From a virus: DNA of 64,000 bases. This document shows, piece by piece, positions 9,566 to 18,957 of the stretch. Made by a program: the position numbers and the translations under genes. The first letter of the stretch is position 1, and each line of letters begins with the position of its first letter. The notes below the pieces were generated by a model that saw only the letters and a list, made by a program, of their open reading frames with translations, had not been told where the DNA came from and did no database searches. Location of the stretch: positions 27,589 through 91,588 of the IMG/VR virus record IMGVR_UViG_3300017987_000009, one strand, 5' to 3'.

Positions 9566-9724
9566 ACCGGCTCGCGCGCTGTTTGGAGAAGAACGGGAAC
9601 GTGCCTACAATCAAACTACCCCCGCCCCTCGCGGCAGTTAGACCGGTTCCGGTTGGTCCCGGGTCCCGTTCTTCGGCTGCGCGCGAAGCGAGGGGCGGGC
9701 GGCTCCAACTCGAGGAGGTGGGAC

Positions 9725-10033
9725 GTGGCTAAGCGCAAGCGGCCGGACGAGTGGGTCCGGCTGGACGAGGCGTACGACGCGCTGACGCGAGAGGCGTACG
9801 CGGTGTGGGTCAGGATGATGCTGGTGCCGTCGTCGTCGCTGGAGGGCGCCGGCCTGGCTGGGCTCGCGCGGGTGTTCCGGTACAAGGAGCGCGGGTTCCG
9901 CGAGGTCCTGCGCGAGCTGCGCAACAAGGGGTACCTGCGAGTGGTCACCCCGCCGCGGCCGGGGCAGAAGGCGGCGATCGAGATCGTCAAGAAGCCGGTG
10001 CTGGTCGGCGCTGACAGGTTCGTCAGGTTCTAG
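9725..10033 (+). CDS. Small winged-helix DNA-binding protein
   Basis: GGAGGTG RBS before GTG 9725; LAGLARVF...REVLRELRNKGYLRV wHTH-like pattern. Confidence 0.6.
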   Translation: MAKRKRPDEWVRLDEAYDALTREAYAVWVRMMLVPSSSLEGAGLAGLARVFRYKERGFREVLRELRNKGYLRVVTPPRPGQKAAIEIVKKPVLVGADRFVRF

Positions 10034-10042
10034 GAGGGCGGC

Positions 10043-11344
10043 GTGCGCGAGAGGCAGTCGAGGAAGTACCGGAAAGTCAGCGCGCGGCTGTGGAACGACC
10101 CGAGGTTCAGGTCGCTATCGCTGCCCGGACCGAGCGGGCAGTTCCTCTACTGGTTCCTGCGGACGGGGCCGCAGGCGAGCATCGTGCCGGGCCTGTTCGA
10201 GGCGCGGGCGCCGGGCTTGGCGGATCGGCTCGGCTGGAGCGTCGACGACTTCAAGCGGGAGTTCAAGTCGCTGTCGTCGACGTCGCCGCCGCTGGCGCTC
10301 GCCGACTGGGACGCGGGGCTCGTGTGGATCCCCGACGCCGTCGACGACGACCGGCCGCAGTCTGTCAACACAGTCAAGTCGTGGCAGAACTCGTGGGACG
10401 AGCTGCCCGACTGCGAGCTGAAACTTGAAGCGTATCAAGCACTTAGAAATTGCATGTCACATGCCATGTCACATGCTTTTGCAGAAGCATGTCGCCGACC
10501 ATGTAACACTCAGACACAGACACAGACACAGACGCAGACACAGACGCAGACACACCGCGCTATGCGCGGTGACGCGCGTACGCGCGAGGCGCAGGCGCAA
10601 GCGCGTGAGGAGAAACCTCGGCAGGCCGGCGTCGACCACTCCCGCCTGCGAGAGGCGCTCGTCGCCGCGAAGGGGAAGAAGTCGACCGGCCGGCCGGCGC
10701 CCGTCGACGATAGCCCGTCAAACCCCGAGCTGTTCGGCCTGCGGTTCAAGGATCGATCCAAGCTGATCCGGTTCCTGGAGTCCGAATACGCGAAGGGCGC
10801 GGACCTGCGGCGGCAGAGAACGCTGCTCGCGAAGATCGAGGACGAAGTCGTCCGCGTGTACCGCGCCGCGAGGTGGCGCGCGACGGGCAACGACTACGTG
10901 AAGCTCGGCGAGGCCGGGCGGAAGGCGGCGCGCGCGATCGGAGTAGCGTGCGTCGGGCACGGCCTGGCGCCCGAGCAGGTGGTCGCGTACTGGCAGGACC
11001 CGGAGAACAACTTCACCAACATGGCGTTCCCGTCGCTCTCGTTCATGGGCGGCGAGAAGAACATCGAGCGGGCGGCGGCGGCGCTCAAGCCGGCGAGGGC
11101 CGGGCGGTCGACGGCGGCGAGGCGCGGGCACAGCTACGACGACGGCGGCGAGCTGCACCCGCGGCTGCGCGAGGCGCTGGTCGAGGCCGGCCTGCTCGAG
11201 GTCGCGCGGTCGACGACGAACCGCGAGCTGATGACGGTGCAGAACGCGGCGCTCGCGGTCCTCGAGGGCCGCGACCCGGGGATGAGCCACTTCCTGCGCA
11301 GGCAGGCGGAGGCGGTCGTCCACCTGTTCAAGGAGGGAGGCTGA
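10043..11344 (+). CDS. Phage replication initiator (replisome organiser-like)
   Basis: N-terminal YRKVSARLWNDPRFRSLS...FLYWFLRTGP typical of phage initiators; internal repeat linker; lies upstream of DnaC/DnaB. Confidence 0.75.
   Translation: MRERQSRKYRKVSARLWNDPRFRSLSLPGPSGQFLYWFLRTGPQASIVPGLFEARAPGLADRLGWSVDDFKREFKSLSSTSPPLALADWDAGLVWIPDAVDDDRPQSVNTVKSWQNSWDELPDCELKLEAYQALRNCMSHAMSHAFAEACRRPCNTQTQTQTQTQTQTQTHRAMRGDARTREAQAQAREEKPRQAGVDHSRLREALVAAKGKKSTGRPAPVDDSPSNPELFGLRFKDRSKLIRFLESEYAKGADLRRQRTLLAKIEDEVVRVYRAARWRATGNDYVKLGEAGRKAARAIGVACVGHGLAPEQVVAYWQDPENNFTNMAFPSLSFMGGEKNIERAAAALKPARAGRSTAARRGHSYDDGGELHPRLREALVEAGLLEVARSTTNRELMTVQNAALAVLEGRDPGMSHFLRRQAEAVVHLFKEGG
10421..10510. promoter_or_regulatory. 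Putative replication origin: AT-rich tract, IHF consensus site, CATGT iteron-like repeats
   Basis: TATCAAGCACTTA (10433-10445) matches WATCAANNNNTTR exactly; CATGTCACATGC x2 (10453-10476) plus CATGTCGCCGAC and CATGTAACACT. Confidence 0.55.
10511..10554 (+). repeat. Hexamer microsatellite (CAGACR)n encoding a TQ repeat
   Basis: cagaca/cagacg tandem copies translate as TQTQTQTQTQTQTQT. Confidence 0.9.
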
Positions 11345-11345
11345 C

Positions 11346-11570
11346 GTGACGAGAGGCAACTACGACTGGCAGAGGCGAGCGACGGTGCGCGAGTTCCCGT
11401 CGTACGGGTCGCACGGCGACGTGGAGTGCTTCAACTGCGGCGAGGCGACGGGAGGAGAGCCGCTCGACACCGAGTACCCGGACGGCGTCGGCAGGTTCCG
11501 GCAGACGTGCCCGGCGTGCGGCTACCACACGTACTACGACTTGAGGGACGGTCGGAAGGAGGAGGGCTGA
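11346..11570 (+). CDS. Small zinc-ribbon protein
   Basis: CFNC and CPAC pairs; RBS GGAGG. Confidence 0.6.
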   Translation: MTRGNYDWQRRATVREFPSYGSHGDVECFNCGEATGGEPLDTEYPDGVGRFRQTCPACGYHTYYDLRDGRKEEG

Positions 11571-11646
11571 CGCGGCGAAGCGACGAGAGCGGCGGCAAGC
11601 CGAATAGGCAGGACCGGGTAACGAAGAACAAGGAAAGGAGTGAGCA

Positions 11647-11853
11647 ATGACCTACGAGGAAGCGAAGGCGGCGTGTGACGATCGTTGCGGCATCTACCGC
11701 ACGGCGACGAAGGTGATGTACTGGAAGCGGGCCGACACCGACCTGGACGGCCGCGTGTCGTCGGGCGACAAGGCCGAGACGGACTGGTGCGTCTACGACC
11801 CGCGGTCCGACGAGAACACGGACATCGGGTTGACGCCCGAAGAGGAGAGCTAG
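11647..11853 (+). CDS. Hypothetical protein
   Basis: AAGGAG RBS, phage-like codon usage. Confidence 0.55.
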   Translation: MTYEEAKAACDDRCGIYRTATKVMYWKRADTDLDGRVSSGDKAETDWCVYDPRSDENTDIGLTPEEES

Positions 11854-11964
11854 TGGCGAACAGGTACATCACGACGGAGAAGGAACTCAGGGATGACCTC
11901 ACCAACCTCCGCGCCTCGCACGAGGCGGCGGCGCGGCGGGCCGTGCTGCCCGGAGGATAGATCG

Positions 11965-12222
11965 ATGAAAGAGAAGACCAGACGATTTTACCTGGACAAC
12001 AGCGAGTTGCTGAGCGCAGCCGAGTGCCTGGAGAGCTACGCCCAGGCGCTCGACGACGATGGAGAGCCGGACGCCGCCGGGGTCGAACGCGACACAGCCG
12101 AGACCATGCGGCACATCGCCTTCCAGGCGCAGGGAGGCAAGCCCGTTCGAAACGCGGCCGGGCTATTGTTGCCCACGATCGAGATCATGGTGCGCGCCAC
12201 GGTGGAAGTGGAGGATGTGTAA
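11965..12222 (+). CDS. Hypothetical protein
   Basis: GGAGG RBS before ATG 11965; coupled to next gene (TAATG). Confidence 0.55.
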   Translation: MKEKTRRFYLDNSELLSAAECLESYAQALDDDGEPDAAGVERDTAETMRHIAFQAQGGKPVRNAAGLLLPTIEIMVRATVEVEDV

Positions 12223-12629
12223 TGCGTGGGAGCTATTTGAACGACCCGTGCCGCGAGCTGCGTACCGGCGAACCAGACGACGGACCAACCAGGCCGGCAC
12301 CTGGAACGCGACTATTGAGGCGGCGCGGTGACACCACCTGGTCGTCGTTGGTTATCGAGATCTGCACGGTGCAGCATCGAGGCGGTCTCGAGGTCGAGGA
12401 GGTCTATGCCTTGCACGAGTCGGGCTTGACGTTCAGCTGGTCCCCACTGTCGGGCTGGCCCGGGCGCTGGACGGTGCGGGTGATGGAGCCCGCCGAGCCG
12501 GTTGTCGGTAACGGGCCGATGTCGGGCAAGACGCCGGTAGAGGCTCTGCGCGCCGCTGTCGAGAGGTACAGGTCTCCGGCCTGGTCGGCCGAGGTGAAGT
12601 TGTTGGAGAGGTTGGAACAAGGAGGATAG
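12222..12629 (+). CDS. Hypothetical protein
   Basis: ATG overlaps the previous stop; GGAGG upstream. Confidence 0.5.
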   Translation: MRGSYLNDPCRELRTGEPDDGPTRPAPGTRLLRRRGDTTWSSLVIEICTVQHRGGLEVEEVYALHESGLTFSWSPLSGWPGRWTVRVMEPAEPVVGNGPMSGKTPVEALRAAVERYRSPAWSAEVKLLERLEQGG

Positions 12630-12633
12630 ACAG

Positions 12634-13065
12634 ATGAAAGAGAAACTATTGTTTGCTGTGCACCTGGGCTTGGTGGGCGACCGCCCTGCCGGGATAATCA
12701 TGCAGAACCATTGCCTGCCGATCGCGTTTTCGCACGCGTCGTGGGAAGGAGATGACGGCCGGGTGCACGCCGAGGCGGGTTTCGCCGCGTGTTGGGAAGC
12801 CACGGCCGACGTGGAGGAGTTCTTCGCGTACCTGGGCCTGTCGAGCATCGAGAACGGGCTGCTACGCCCGGGCTCCAAGGATGTGAGGCCGAACGGGATG
12901 CACGTCTACGAGGTGGAGTACGATGAGGAGGGCGTATCCGACGATGAGGACGACGAGGAGTTCTGGTGGGTTCACCTCTCAGGCGGTACCCTTCGTAGAC
13001 CGACGGCGGAAGAACTGGAGCCGCTCACGCGCGGACAGGCCCCGTGGGGAGGGATGGTGCTGTGA
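12634..13065 (+). CDS. Hypothetical acidic protein
   Basis: AAGGAGG RBS; coherent ORF. Confidence 0.55.
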   Translation: MKEKLLFAVHLGLVGDRPAGIIMQNHCLPIAFSHASWEGDDGRVHAEAGFAACWEATADVEEFFAYLGLSSIENGLLRPGSKDVRPNGMHVYEVEYDEEGVSDDEDDEEFWWVHLSGGTLRRPTAEELEPLTRGQAPWGGMVL

Positions 13066-13207
13066 AACCAAGTGTTAGCGTATTGTTGGAGCCGGTCATG
13101 GGTACGACGAGCGCGATGAATGAGTTGCGGAGTTTGCTGGAGGATTACGGTTACCTCGCCTCCGAACTCGCCGCCCCCGGTGAGGCGGTCGGCACCGAGG
13201 AGAAGAG

Positions 13208-13879
13208 GTGAGGACCCACGACGAGGTCGAGGACTTCAAGGTCCGGACGAAGAAGGATGGCGACACCTTCACCCGGGCGAAGCACGTCTCGCTGTACCGC
13301 GCCTGCGTGCCGCGCGACTTCTGGGACGTGCGGCCCGACGACGTCGCCCACAACGTCGAGGCGTTCCGGTCGTACGTCGTGCCGTACTGCACGCGGCTGG
13401 ACCGCGCGCGGGCCAGCGGCTACGGCCTGTTCTTCGAGGGCGACAACGGGGTCGGCAAGACGATGTTCCTGTCGTACGTCCTGGGCTACGCGGTCGAGCG
13501 CGGGTACCTCGCGTACTACACGACGGTCCTCGACCTGGACTTCGACCTTAAGCGCGGGTTCGGCGACCGCGAGATCATGGGCCGGATGGACCAGCTGCTC
13601 GACTCCGACTTCCTCGCGCTGGACGAGCTGAGCAAGGAGCAGTTCAGGTCGGGCGACTCGTGGATCCGGACGCAGGTCGAGCGCGTGCTGAAGCGGAGGC
13701 ACGACAACAACATGCCGACGCTGGTGGCGTCGAACGCCAGCGCGAAGAAGGTCGGGCAGGCCTACGGCGCGACCGTCGCGTCGGTCCTGGCCGGGAAGTA
13801 CCAGCACGTCGTGTTCGACGCCGGCGACTACCGGGACCGGCTGAGGTCGCGGATGCGGGAGGACATGGGCTATGAGTGA
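13208..13879 (+). CDS. DnaC/IstB-like AAA+ helicase loader
   Basis: GLFFEGDNGVGKT Walker A, FLALDEL Walker B, R..NNMPTLVASN, GDYR end. Confidence 0.88.
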   Translation: MRTHDEVEDFKVRTKKDGDTFTRAKHVSLYRACVPRDFWDVRPDDVAHNVEAFRSYVVPYCTRLDRARASGYGLFFEGDNGVGKTMFLSYVLGYAVERGYLAYYTTVLDLDFDLKRGFGDREIMGRMDQLLDSDFLALDELSKEQFRSGDSWIRTQVERVLKRRHDNNMPTLVASNASAKKVGQAYGATVASVLAGKYQHVVFDAGDYRDRLRSRMREDMGYE

Positions 13880-14051
13880 GGGGCGGCGCAGGTTCGCGGT
13901 CGACTACTACGCCGGCGCGTACAGCGGGACGCGCGTCGTGCTGGCGCGCGACGCTGCGGAGGCGGTCGAGATCGTCCGCGCGTGGGTACGCCGGCAGATG
14001 TCGTCGCCGATGTACGCGGACGGCTACGAGGCGCGGGAGTGCGATGGCTGA
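13872..14051 (+). CDS. Small hypothetical protein (59 aa, not in ORF track)
   Basis: MSEGRRRFAVDYYAGAYSGTRVVLARDAAEAVEIVRAW...; overlaps both neighbours in translational-coupling fashion. Confidence 0.5.
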   Translation: MSEGRRRFAVDYYAGAYSGTRVVLARDAAEAVEIVRAWVRRQMSSPMYADGYEARECDG

Positions 14052-15402
14052 CTACGACCGCGACTTCGAGCTCGAGGTCCTGGCGCAGTGCCTCAAGGAC
14101 CCGAAGTACCTGCGCGAGGCGTCGCGGGTGCTGGACCGCCGGCACTTCGTCGTGCCGGAGCACGCGTGGGTGTGGCGGCTGATCAAGGAGACCTGGGCGG
14201 CCGCGAGCGAGGTGCCGAAGCCCGCGCTGTTCAAGGCGCGCGCCGACGCGGACTTCCGAGACACCGACGAGCGGCGCGGGTACTTCGACGTGGTGGTCGC
14301 GATGTTCCGCCACGACACGCCGGCGCCGCGCACCGCGCTGGAGGAGCTGCGGCGGTTCGTCCGCACCGCCGACCTGCAGATCGCCATCGAGGAGTCGGTC
14401 AAGCTGCAGGAGCGCGGCGAGTGGGACGAGGCGTGGGACCCGATACGGAGCCTGGTCCGGACGGACGTGCGCCGCACGGGCTACCGCGTGTCGCGCTGGA
14501 TCGAGGAGTTCGACGAGCGGCAGCGGCAGCGGCGCCACCGGCGCGAGCACCCGGAGATGTACCGCTCCATCCCGACCGGGTTCCGCGCGCTGGACCGCGT
14601 CATCACCGGCGCGCAGGAGGGCGAGCTGTGCGGCGTGATGGCCACGACCAACCGCGGCAAGTCCGCGATGGCGGTCAACCTCGGGTTCAACGCGATCTCC
14701 CGCGGGTACAACGTCGTGCACTTCTCGACGGAGATGGGGCACCTGAAGGTGGCGCAGCGGTACGACAGCCGGTTCACGCAGTACGAGTACCGCAAGTTCA
14801 AGCGGTTCGACTTCACCGACGAGGACCTGGCCAAGATCGACGAGATGGTCGCGCGCAGCACGCGGAAGTACCGCGGCCGGCTGCGGATCATCTCGACGCC
14901 GCTGCGCTCCTGCGACATCGACCTGATACGCGGGGTGGTCGAGGACATGCGCGTCGAGATGCCGAGCGTCGACATGGTCGTCGTCGACAGCGGCGACCAC
15001 CTGCAGGCGCGCGGCCGGTTCGAGAAGAAGTACGAGGCGGAGGGCTCGAACTTCTGGGACCTGAAGGACTTGGCGGAGGACCTGGAGATCCCGGTCTGGG
15101 TGACGCTGCAGGCGAAGCAGGAGTTCGAGACCAAGCTCGCGACGACGCGCGCGTCCGGCGGCGCGTACGCCAAGTCGCAGATCGTGGACTTGCTCATCTC
15201 TATCAACGAGCCCGGCGAGCGGTCGCGTGTCGCCGCCGTGACGTCGGACAGCGCGGACGTGCCGGCGCCCACGCACCGCGCGGACCTCGAGCTGTTCGTC
15301 GCGAAGTACCGGGACGACGAGAGCAAGTTCTTCATCCCGATCGAGACCGACCTCAAGCGGATGCTGATCAAGGAGTTCGACGCGATGGGTGGCGCGGAGT
15401 GA
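14044..15402 (+). CDS. dnaB: DnaB-like replicative helicase
   Basis: IPTGFRALDRVITG..EGEL, ATTNRGKS Walker A, HFSTEM, VVVDSGDHL, VAKYRD; true start ATG 14044. Confidence 0.9.
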   Translation: MADYDRDFELEVLAQCLKDPKYLREASRVLDRRHFVVPEHAWVWRLIKETWAAASEVPKPALFKARADADFRDTDERRGYFDVVVAMFRHDTPAPRTALEELRRFVRTADLQIAIEESVKLQERGEWDEAWDPIRSLVRTDVRRTGYRVSRWIEEFDERQRQRRHRREHPEMYRSIPTGFRALDRVITGAQEGELCGVMATTNRGKSAMAVNLGFNAISRGYNVVHFSTEMGHLKVAQRYDSRFTQYEYRKFKRFDFTDEDLAKIDEMVARSTRKYRGRLRIISTPLRSCDIDLIRGVVEDMRVEMPSVDMVVVDSGDHLQARGRFEKKYEAEGSNFWDLKDLAEDLEIPVWVTLQAKQEFETKLATTRASGGAYAKSQIVDLLISINEPGERSRVAAVTSDSADVPAPTHRADLELFVAKYRDDESKFFIPIETDLKRMLIKEFDAMGGAE

Positions 15403-15638
15403 CGGGCAGGGTGTTCGACTTCGGCCGGCTGTCGTCGGTCGCCGAGATACAGGGCAGCGCGCGCGACTACCTGAGGCTGTGCCGAGCGGCGCCGACCAGG
15501 ATGGCGAAGTCGCTGATCGGGTCGATCGCCCTGGTGCCGAACCCTCGCCTGCCGCCGGGGACCGTCGTGATGCGCGACGCGCAGGTCCGGCTCGTCGAGA
15601 TCGTCAACCTCGACGACGAGGGCGTGGATGCCGATTGA
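15399..15638 (+). CDS. Hypothetical protein
   Basis: GTG overlapping the dnaB stop; fills the gap to primase. Confidence 0.45.
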   Translation: MTGRVFDFGRLSSVAEIQGSARDYLRLCRAAPTRMAKSLIGSIALVPNPRLPPGTVVMRDAQVRLVEIVNLDDEGVDAD

Positions 15639-16749
15639 CCCCTCGTCGTGGGTGGAGGAGAACCTCGACGGCGCGCGCAGGCGCGGCGGCTCGTACGAGG
15701 CGACGTGCCCGTTCTGCGGGAAGGCCGGCCACCTGTACGTCAACGGCGAGGAGGGCTACTTCACCTGCTTCAAGTGCGGCGAGAGCGGGCGCGACCTGGT
15801 CAAGCTGATCGCGGAGGTCGAGGGGATCACCGCGAGGGAGGCGCGGCGACGGATGTTCCGCGACGCCGTCAAGTTCAAGCGGCGCCCCGAGTCGGCGGCC
15901 GAGGTGGGCGGGCGGCTGGCCGCGTTGCGCGGCCGCGAGCCCGAGGGGAGCGTCGACATCCCGCCGCCGGCGACGCTCAACCTCGTGTGGGACGGGGCGC
16001 GCTGGCGGATGCCGCGCTACCTGTCGGACCGCGGCGTGTCGCGCAGGCTGGCGCGCCGGCTCGGCCTCGGCTGGTGCGGAGCCGGCCTGTGCGCGGAGGC
16101 GCCGTCCGCGTGCGAGTTCCCGGAGGGGACGCGAGACTGCGTTGAGCAGGACCGCTGCCGGTACGCGCACCGGATCGTGCTGCCGTTCTCTTGCCCTAAC
16201 GGGCGCAGCTTCACGACCAGGTCGACGGCACCCGACGTCGAGCCTAAGTACCTCAACCCGCCCGGGCCGAAGGGGCGGCTGCTCTACGGCTGGCCGCTCG
16301 TCGAGCCCGGCGCGGACGTCGTGCTGGTCGAGGGGCCGTTCGACACGATCCGCCTCGCGTCGCACGGGCTGGCGTCGCTCGCGGTGATGGGCCTGTCGCT
16401 GAGCGGCGCGCAGCGGTCCTTGTTGGCACAGCTGCGTCCGTCGTCAGTGACGCTGATGCTTGACGCGGGTGTCGAGACAGAGGCGCAGGGGATGGCGGCC
16501 GCGCTCGTCGGTGTCGCCGGCGAGGTGCTCGTCGCGCGGCTGCCGGACGGCGTCGACCCCGGCGAAAGCACGCGGGAACAGGCGTGGTCCGCGTTCCGCG
16601 GCGCCGAGCGGTACAGGGCGTCGCTGGCGGGGCGCGCCGCCTCGATCGGCAGGAAGCTTCGGGCTGTCGCTTCGGAGTTTACTCGCCGACGCGGCGGTGG
16701 TAGATTAGACGATCCGGGCTACGGTCCGGGGACAAGGAGGCAGGCGTGA
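15628..16749 (+). CDS. DnaG-type DNA primase (Zn-binding + TOPRIM)
   Basis: CPFC...H...CFKC zinc finger, PKYLNP, VLVEGPFD and LMLDAG TOPRIM acidic motifs, DPGE. Confidence 0.9.
   Translation: MPIDPSSWVEENLDGARRRGGSYEATCPFCGKAGHLYVNGEEGYFTCFKCGESGRDLVKLIAEVEGITAREARRRMFRDAVKFKRRPESAAEVGGRLAALRGREPEGSVDIPPPATLNLVWDGARWRMPRYLSDRGVSRRLARRLGLGWCGAGLCAEAPSACEFPEGTRDCVEQDRCRYAHRIVLPFSCPNGRSFTTRSTAPDVEPKYLNPPGPKGRLLYGWPLVEPGADVVLVEGPFDTIRLASHGLASLAVMGLSLSGAQRSLLAQLRPSSVTLMLDAGVETEAQGMAAALVGVAGEVLVARLPDGVDPGESTREQAWSAFRGAERYRASLAGRAASIGRKLRAVASEFTRRRGGGRLDDPGYGPGTRRQA
16678..16706 (+). promoter_or_regulatory. Putative sigma70-type promoter (TTTACT-17-TAGATT, extended -10 TGn)
   Basis: Same TTTACTC -35 as at 9536, 17-bp spacer, 40 nt before the next start. 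Confidence 0.5.
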
Positions 16750-17480
16750 AGGTTCCGAGCTGCGCCGGGACGTACGAGCCCGGCAACGTGGACTGCGACG
16801 GCGGCGGGCGCAAGAGGGAGAAGCCGTGCGCCTGGCGCGACGGCTGCCGGGACTTCAAGGACTGGTGCGCGGACCAGGACGTCGACCGCGAGGAGGCGGT
16901 CGCGGGGTGCGAGTCGATCGAGGCGCTCGAGGCGCGGATGCGCGGCGTCGACCTCGACGAGGAGACGGGGCAGGCGAAGGGCACGCTCGCTCAGGTGTTC
17001 GCGCGCGAGGAGGCGCGCGCCGTCGAGATCCCCGTCGAGTGCTGGCAGCTGCACCTGCACTGGGAGAACCTACTCCGCGACCGGTTCGGAGACGCTCGCG
17101 TGTACTCGCACCTCCACCGGCAGGGGATCCCCAAGGTCGTCGTGACGCCGGGCTCGTTCTACCCGGTCGACCGCGCCGCCCGCTCGCGGTACGTGGTCTG
17201 GTATTGCAAGGCCGAGCGCGGGCTCGACGTCGGGCTGGCGGTCGTGCACCTGGTCGCCACGTTCCGCGACGTCGCGATCCAGCTGCCGTTCGACGAGGAG
17301 CTGCTGCGCAAGAGGCTCAGCGCCGCGACGCTGTCGAAGCTCCGGCCGGAGGGGAAGCCGGACGGGCAGTTCAAGACGATCTGCCGGAGGCTCGGCCACG
17401 AGGGCGTCGGGCTGGCGGTCGGCGTCGTCCAGAAGCTAGTCGAGCGCGGCGACTACGAGCTGCCGAAGTACGAGGGGTAG
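16746..17480 (+). CDS. Hypothetical protein with N-terminal Cys cluster
   Basis: PSCAGTYE...C...C...C; GACAAGGAGG RBS. Confidence 0.6.
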   Translation: MKVPSCAGTYEPGNVDCDGGGRKREKPCAWRDGCRDFKDWCADQDVDREEAVAGCESIEALEARMRGVDLDEETGQAKGTLAQVFAREEARAVEIPVECWQLHLHWENLLRDRFGDARVYSHLHRQGIPKVVVTPGSFYPVDRAARSRYVVWYCKAERGLDVGLAVVHLVATFRDVAIQLPFDEELLRKRLSAATLSKLRPEGKPDGQFKTICRRLGHEGVGLAVGVVQKLVERGDYELPKYEG

Positions 17481-17482
17481 GA

Positions 17483-18187
17483 ATGAAGCCAGTGGATCAA
17501 GACAGGTTCGGCGACGGCCACGGCAACTGTTTCGCGGCGTGCGTCGCGTCGGTGCTCGAGTTGCCGATCGATGAGGTGCCGAACTTCTGCGAGGGGTGGA
17601 ACGAGGAGTGGTTCGACGAGTTCCTCGGCTGGCTAGCCGAGCGCGGCCTGTCGGCGGTCGAGCTGTGGGTGACGTCGGAGTGGAGGCCGAACCCGGGGCA
17701 GGTCTGCATCCTGTCTGGCAAGTCGCCGCGCGGCGACTTCGACCACGCCGTCGTCGGCGAGTGGACCGGCGAGGAGTTCCGCGTCACGCACGACCCGCAC
17801 CCGTCGCGCGACGGTCTCAAGGGGGCGTTCCTGCAGGCCGCGTACTTCATACCGCTGGACCCCCGGCCGTTCTTCGCGAGCAGCTGGAGGCCCACTGGCT
17901 GCGGCCGATCGCAGGTTGCCGTTGTTTCTTGTGCGCGAGATACGAGGCGAGCGATGAAGCAAGGTGACTGGACAACGATCTACCCGACCAGCAGGCAGGA
18001 CCCGAAGAACCACCTCGCCACGATCGTCACCATGCTGGAACAAAGCACGGTCGTCTACAGCGTGACGACGCGGTGCGGGAGACAGTTCTACTACCCTGGC
18101 AAGCTGAAGAAGGACGGCCGGGGACGGCGTCTGTTCGCCGACTGCAAGGTCTGCCGCATGGCCGCTGAGAGCGACGGGAGGCGCTAG
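17483..18187 (+). CDS. Hypothetical protein, papain/C39-like Cys-His-Asp pattern in its N-terminal half
   Basis: GNCFAACVASVLEL...HAVV...HDP; a second in-frame start near 17954 may define a separate small gene. Confidence 0.55.
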   Translation: MKPVDQDRFGDGHGNCFAACVASVLELPIDEVPNFCEGWNEEWFDEFLGWLAERGLSAVELWVTSEWRPNPGQVCILSGKSPRGDFDHAVVGEWTGEEFRVTHDPHPSRDGLKGAFLQAAYFIPLDPRPFFASSWRPTGCGRSQVAVVSCARDTRRAMKQGDWTTIYPTSRQDPKNHLATIVTMLEQSTVVYSVTTRCGRQFYYPGKLKKDGRGRRLFADCKVCRMAAESDGRR

Positions 18188-18957
18188 TGATGTTCTCTCG
18201 TAAAACGTCCGGGGTGTATCGAATCCTTTGCACGATAACCGGTAAAGAGTACGTCGGCAGTTCCGAAAGCGTCGGTAGGCGGTGGAGCCAGCATCGGACA
18301 GACTTGCGCGGCGGATACCACGCGAATCCGCACTTACAACGAGCATGGGACAAGTATGGGGAGCGAGGTTTTAGGTTGGAGGTTTTGGAGAAGTGCGCGC
18401 CAGCGGATCTTCAGAACCGCGAGCAGGCGTGGATTGACGAGCGTAGTCCGGAGTTGAACATCTCGCCCAACGCCGGACCGCCGTTACGCGGGCGGAAGAT
18501 GTCGAAGGCGCAGCGCGAGAAGCTGCGGCCGTACTGGGACTCGCAGAAAGGGAAGCCGGTAAATCCGCCAGGCGAGCCGTTGTCTCCGCAGCACCGGGCG
18601 AGCATAAGCGAATCGATGAAGGGTAACACCTATCGGCGCGGGAAGGAGTCGAGCGCAGAGGCGAAAGTTAAGTTGAGTGCGTCGCTGAAGAAACATAATC
18701 AGGAAGTTCCTCGGAGCGAGGAGTGGAGAGGCCGTCTTAGTCGATCGCTGAATGGACACATTGTGTCGGAAGAAACGAAGCGTAAGTTGTCGCTGACGCA
18801 GAAAGCGCACCAGGCGAAGCACGGCAACCCGATGGAAGGCAAGGCGCGACCTGATCTTGCAGAGCGTAATCGTCAACGAGTGTGGGATAAGGAGGCTAGA
18901 GAGGCGGCGAGGAGGCGAACTGCGGCAAGAGAACGAATCGACGGGAGGTTAGCGTGA
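18187..18957 (+). CDS. Free-standing GIY-YIG homing endonuclease with NUMOD3-like repeats
   Basis: SGVYRILCTITGKEYVGSS, R.SQH, N.HLQRAWDKYG, REQ.WID, then SEETKRKLS-type repeats; lower GC than flanks. Confidence 0.9.
   Translation: MMFSRKTSGVYRILCTITGKEYVGSSESVGRRWSQHRTDLRGGYHANPHLQRAWDKYGERGFRLEVLEKCAPADLQNREQAWIDERSPELNISPNAGPPLRGRKMSKAQREKLRPYWDSQKGKPVNPPGEPLSPQHRASISESMKGNTYRRGKESSAEAKVKLSASLKKHNQEVPRSEEWRGRLSRSLNGHIVSEETKRKLSLTQKAHQAKHGNPMEGKARPDLAERNRQRVWDKEAREAARRRTAARERIDGRLA

Noticed and set aside
10453-10554. CRISPR-like or DGR repeat
   Set aside because: Short tandem units without spacers; no cas or reverse transcriptase genes in the window.
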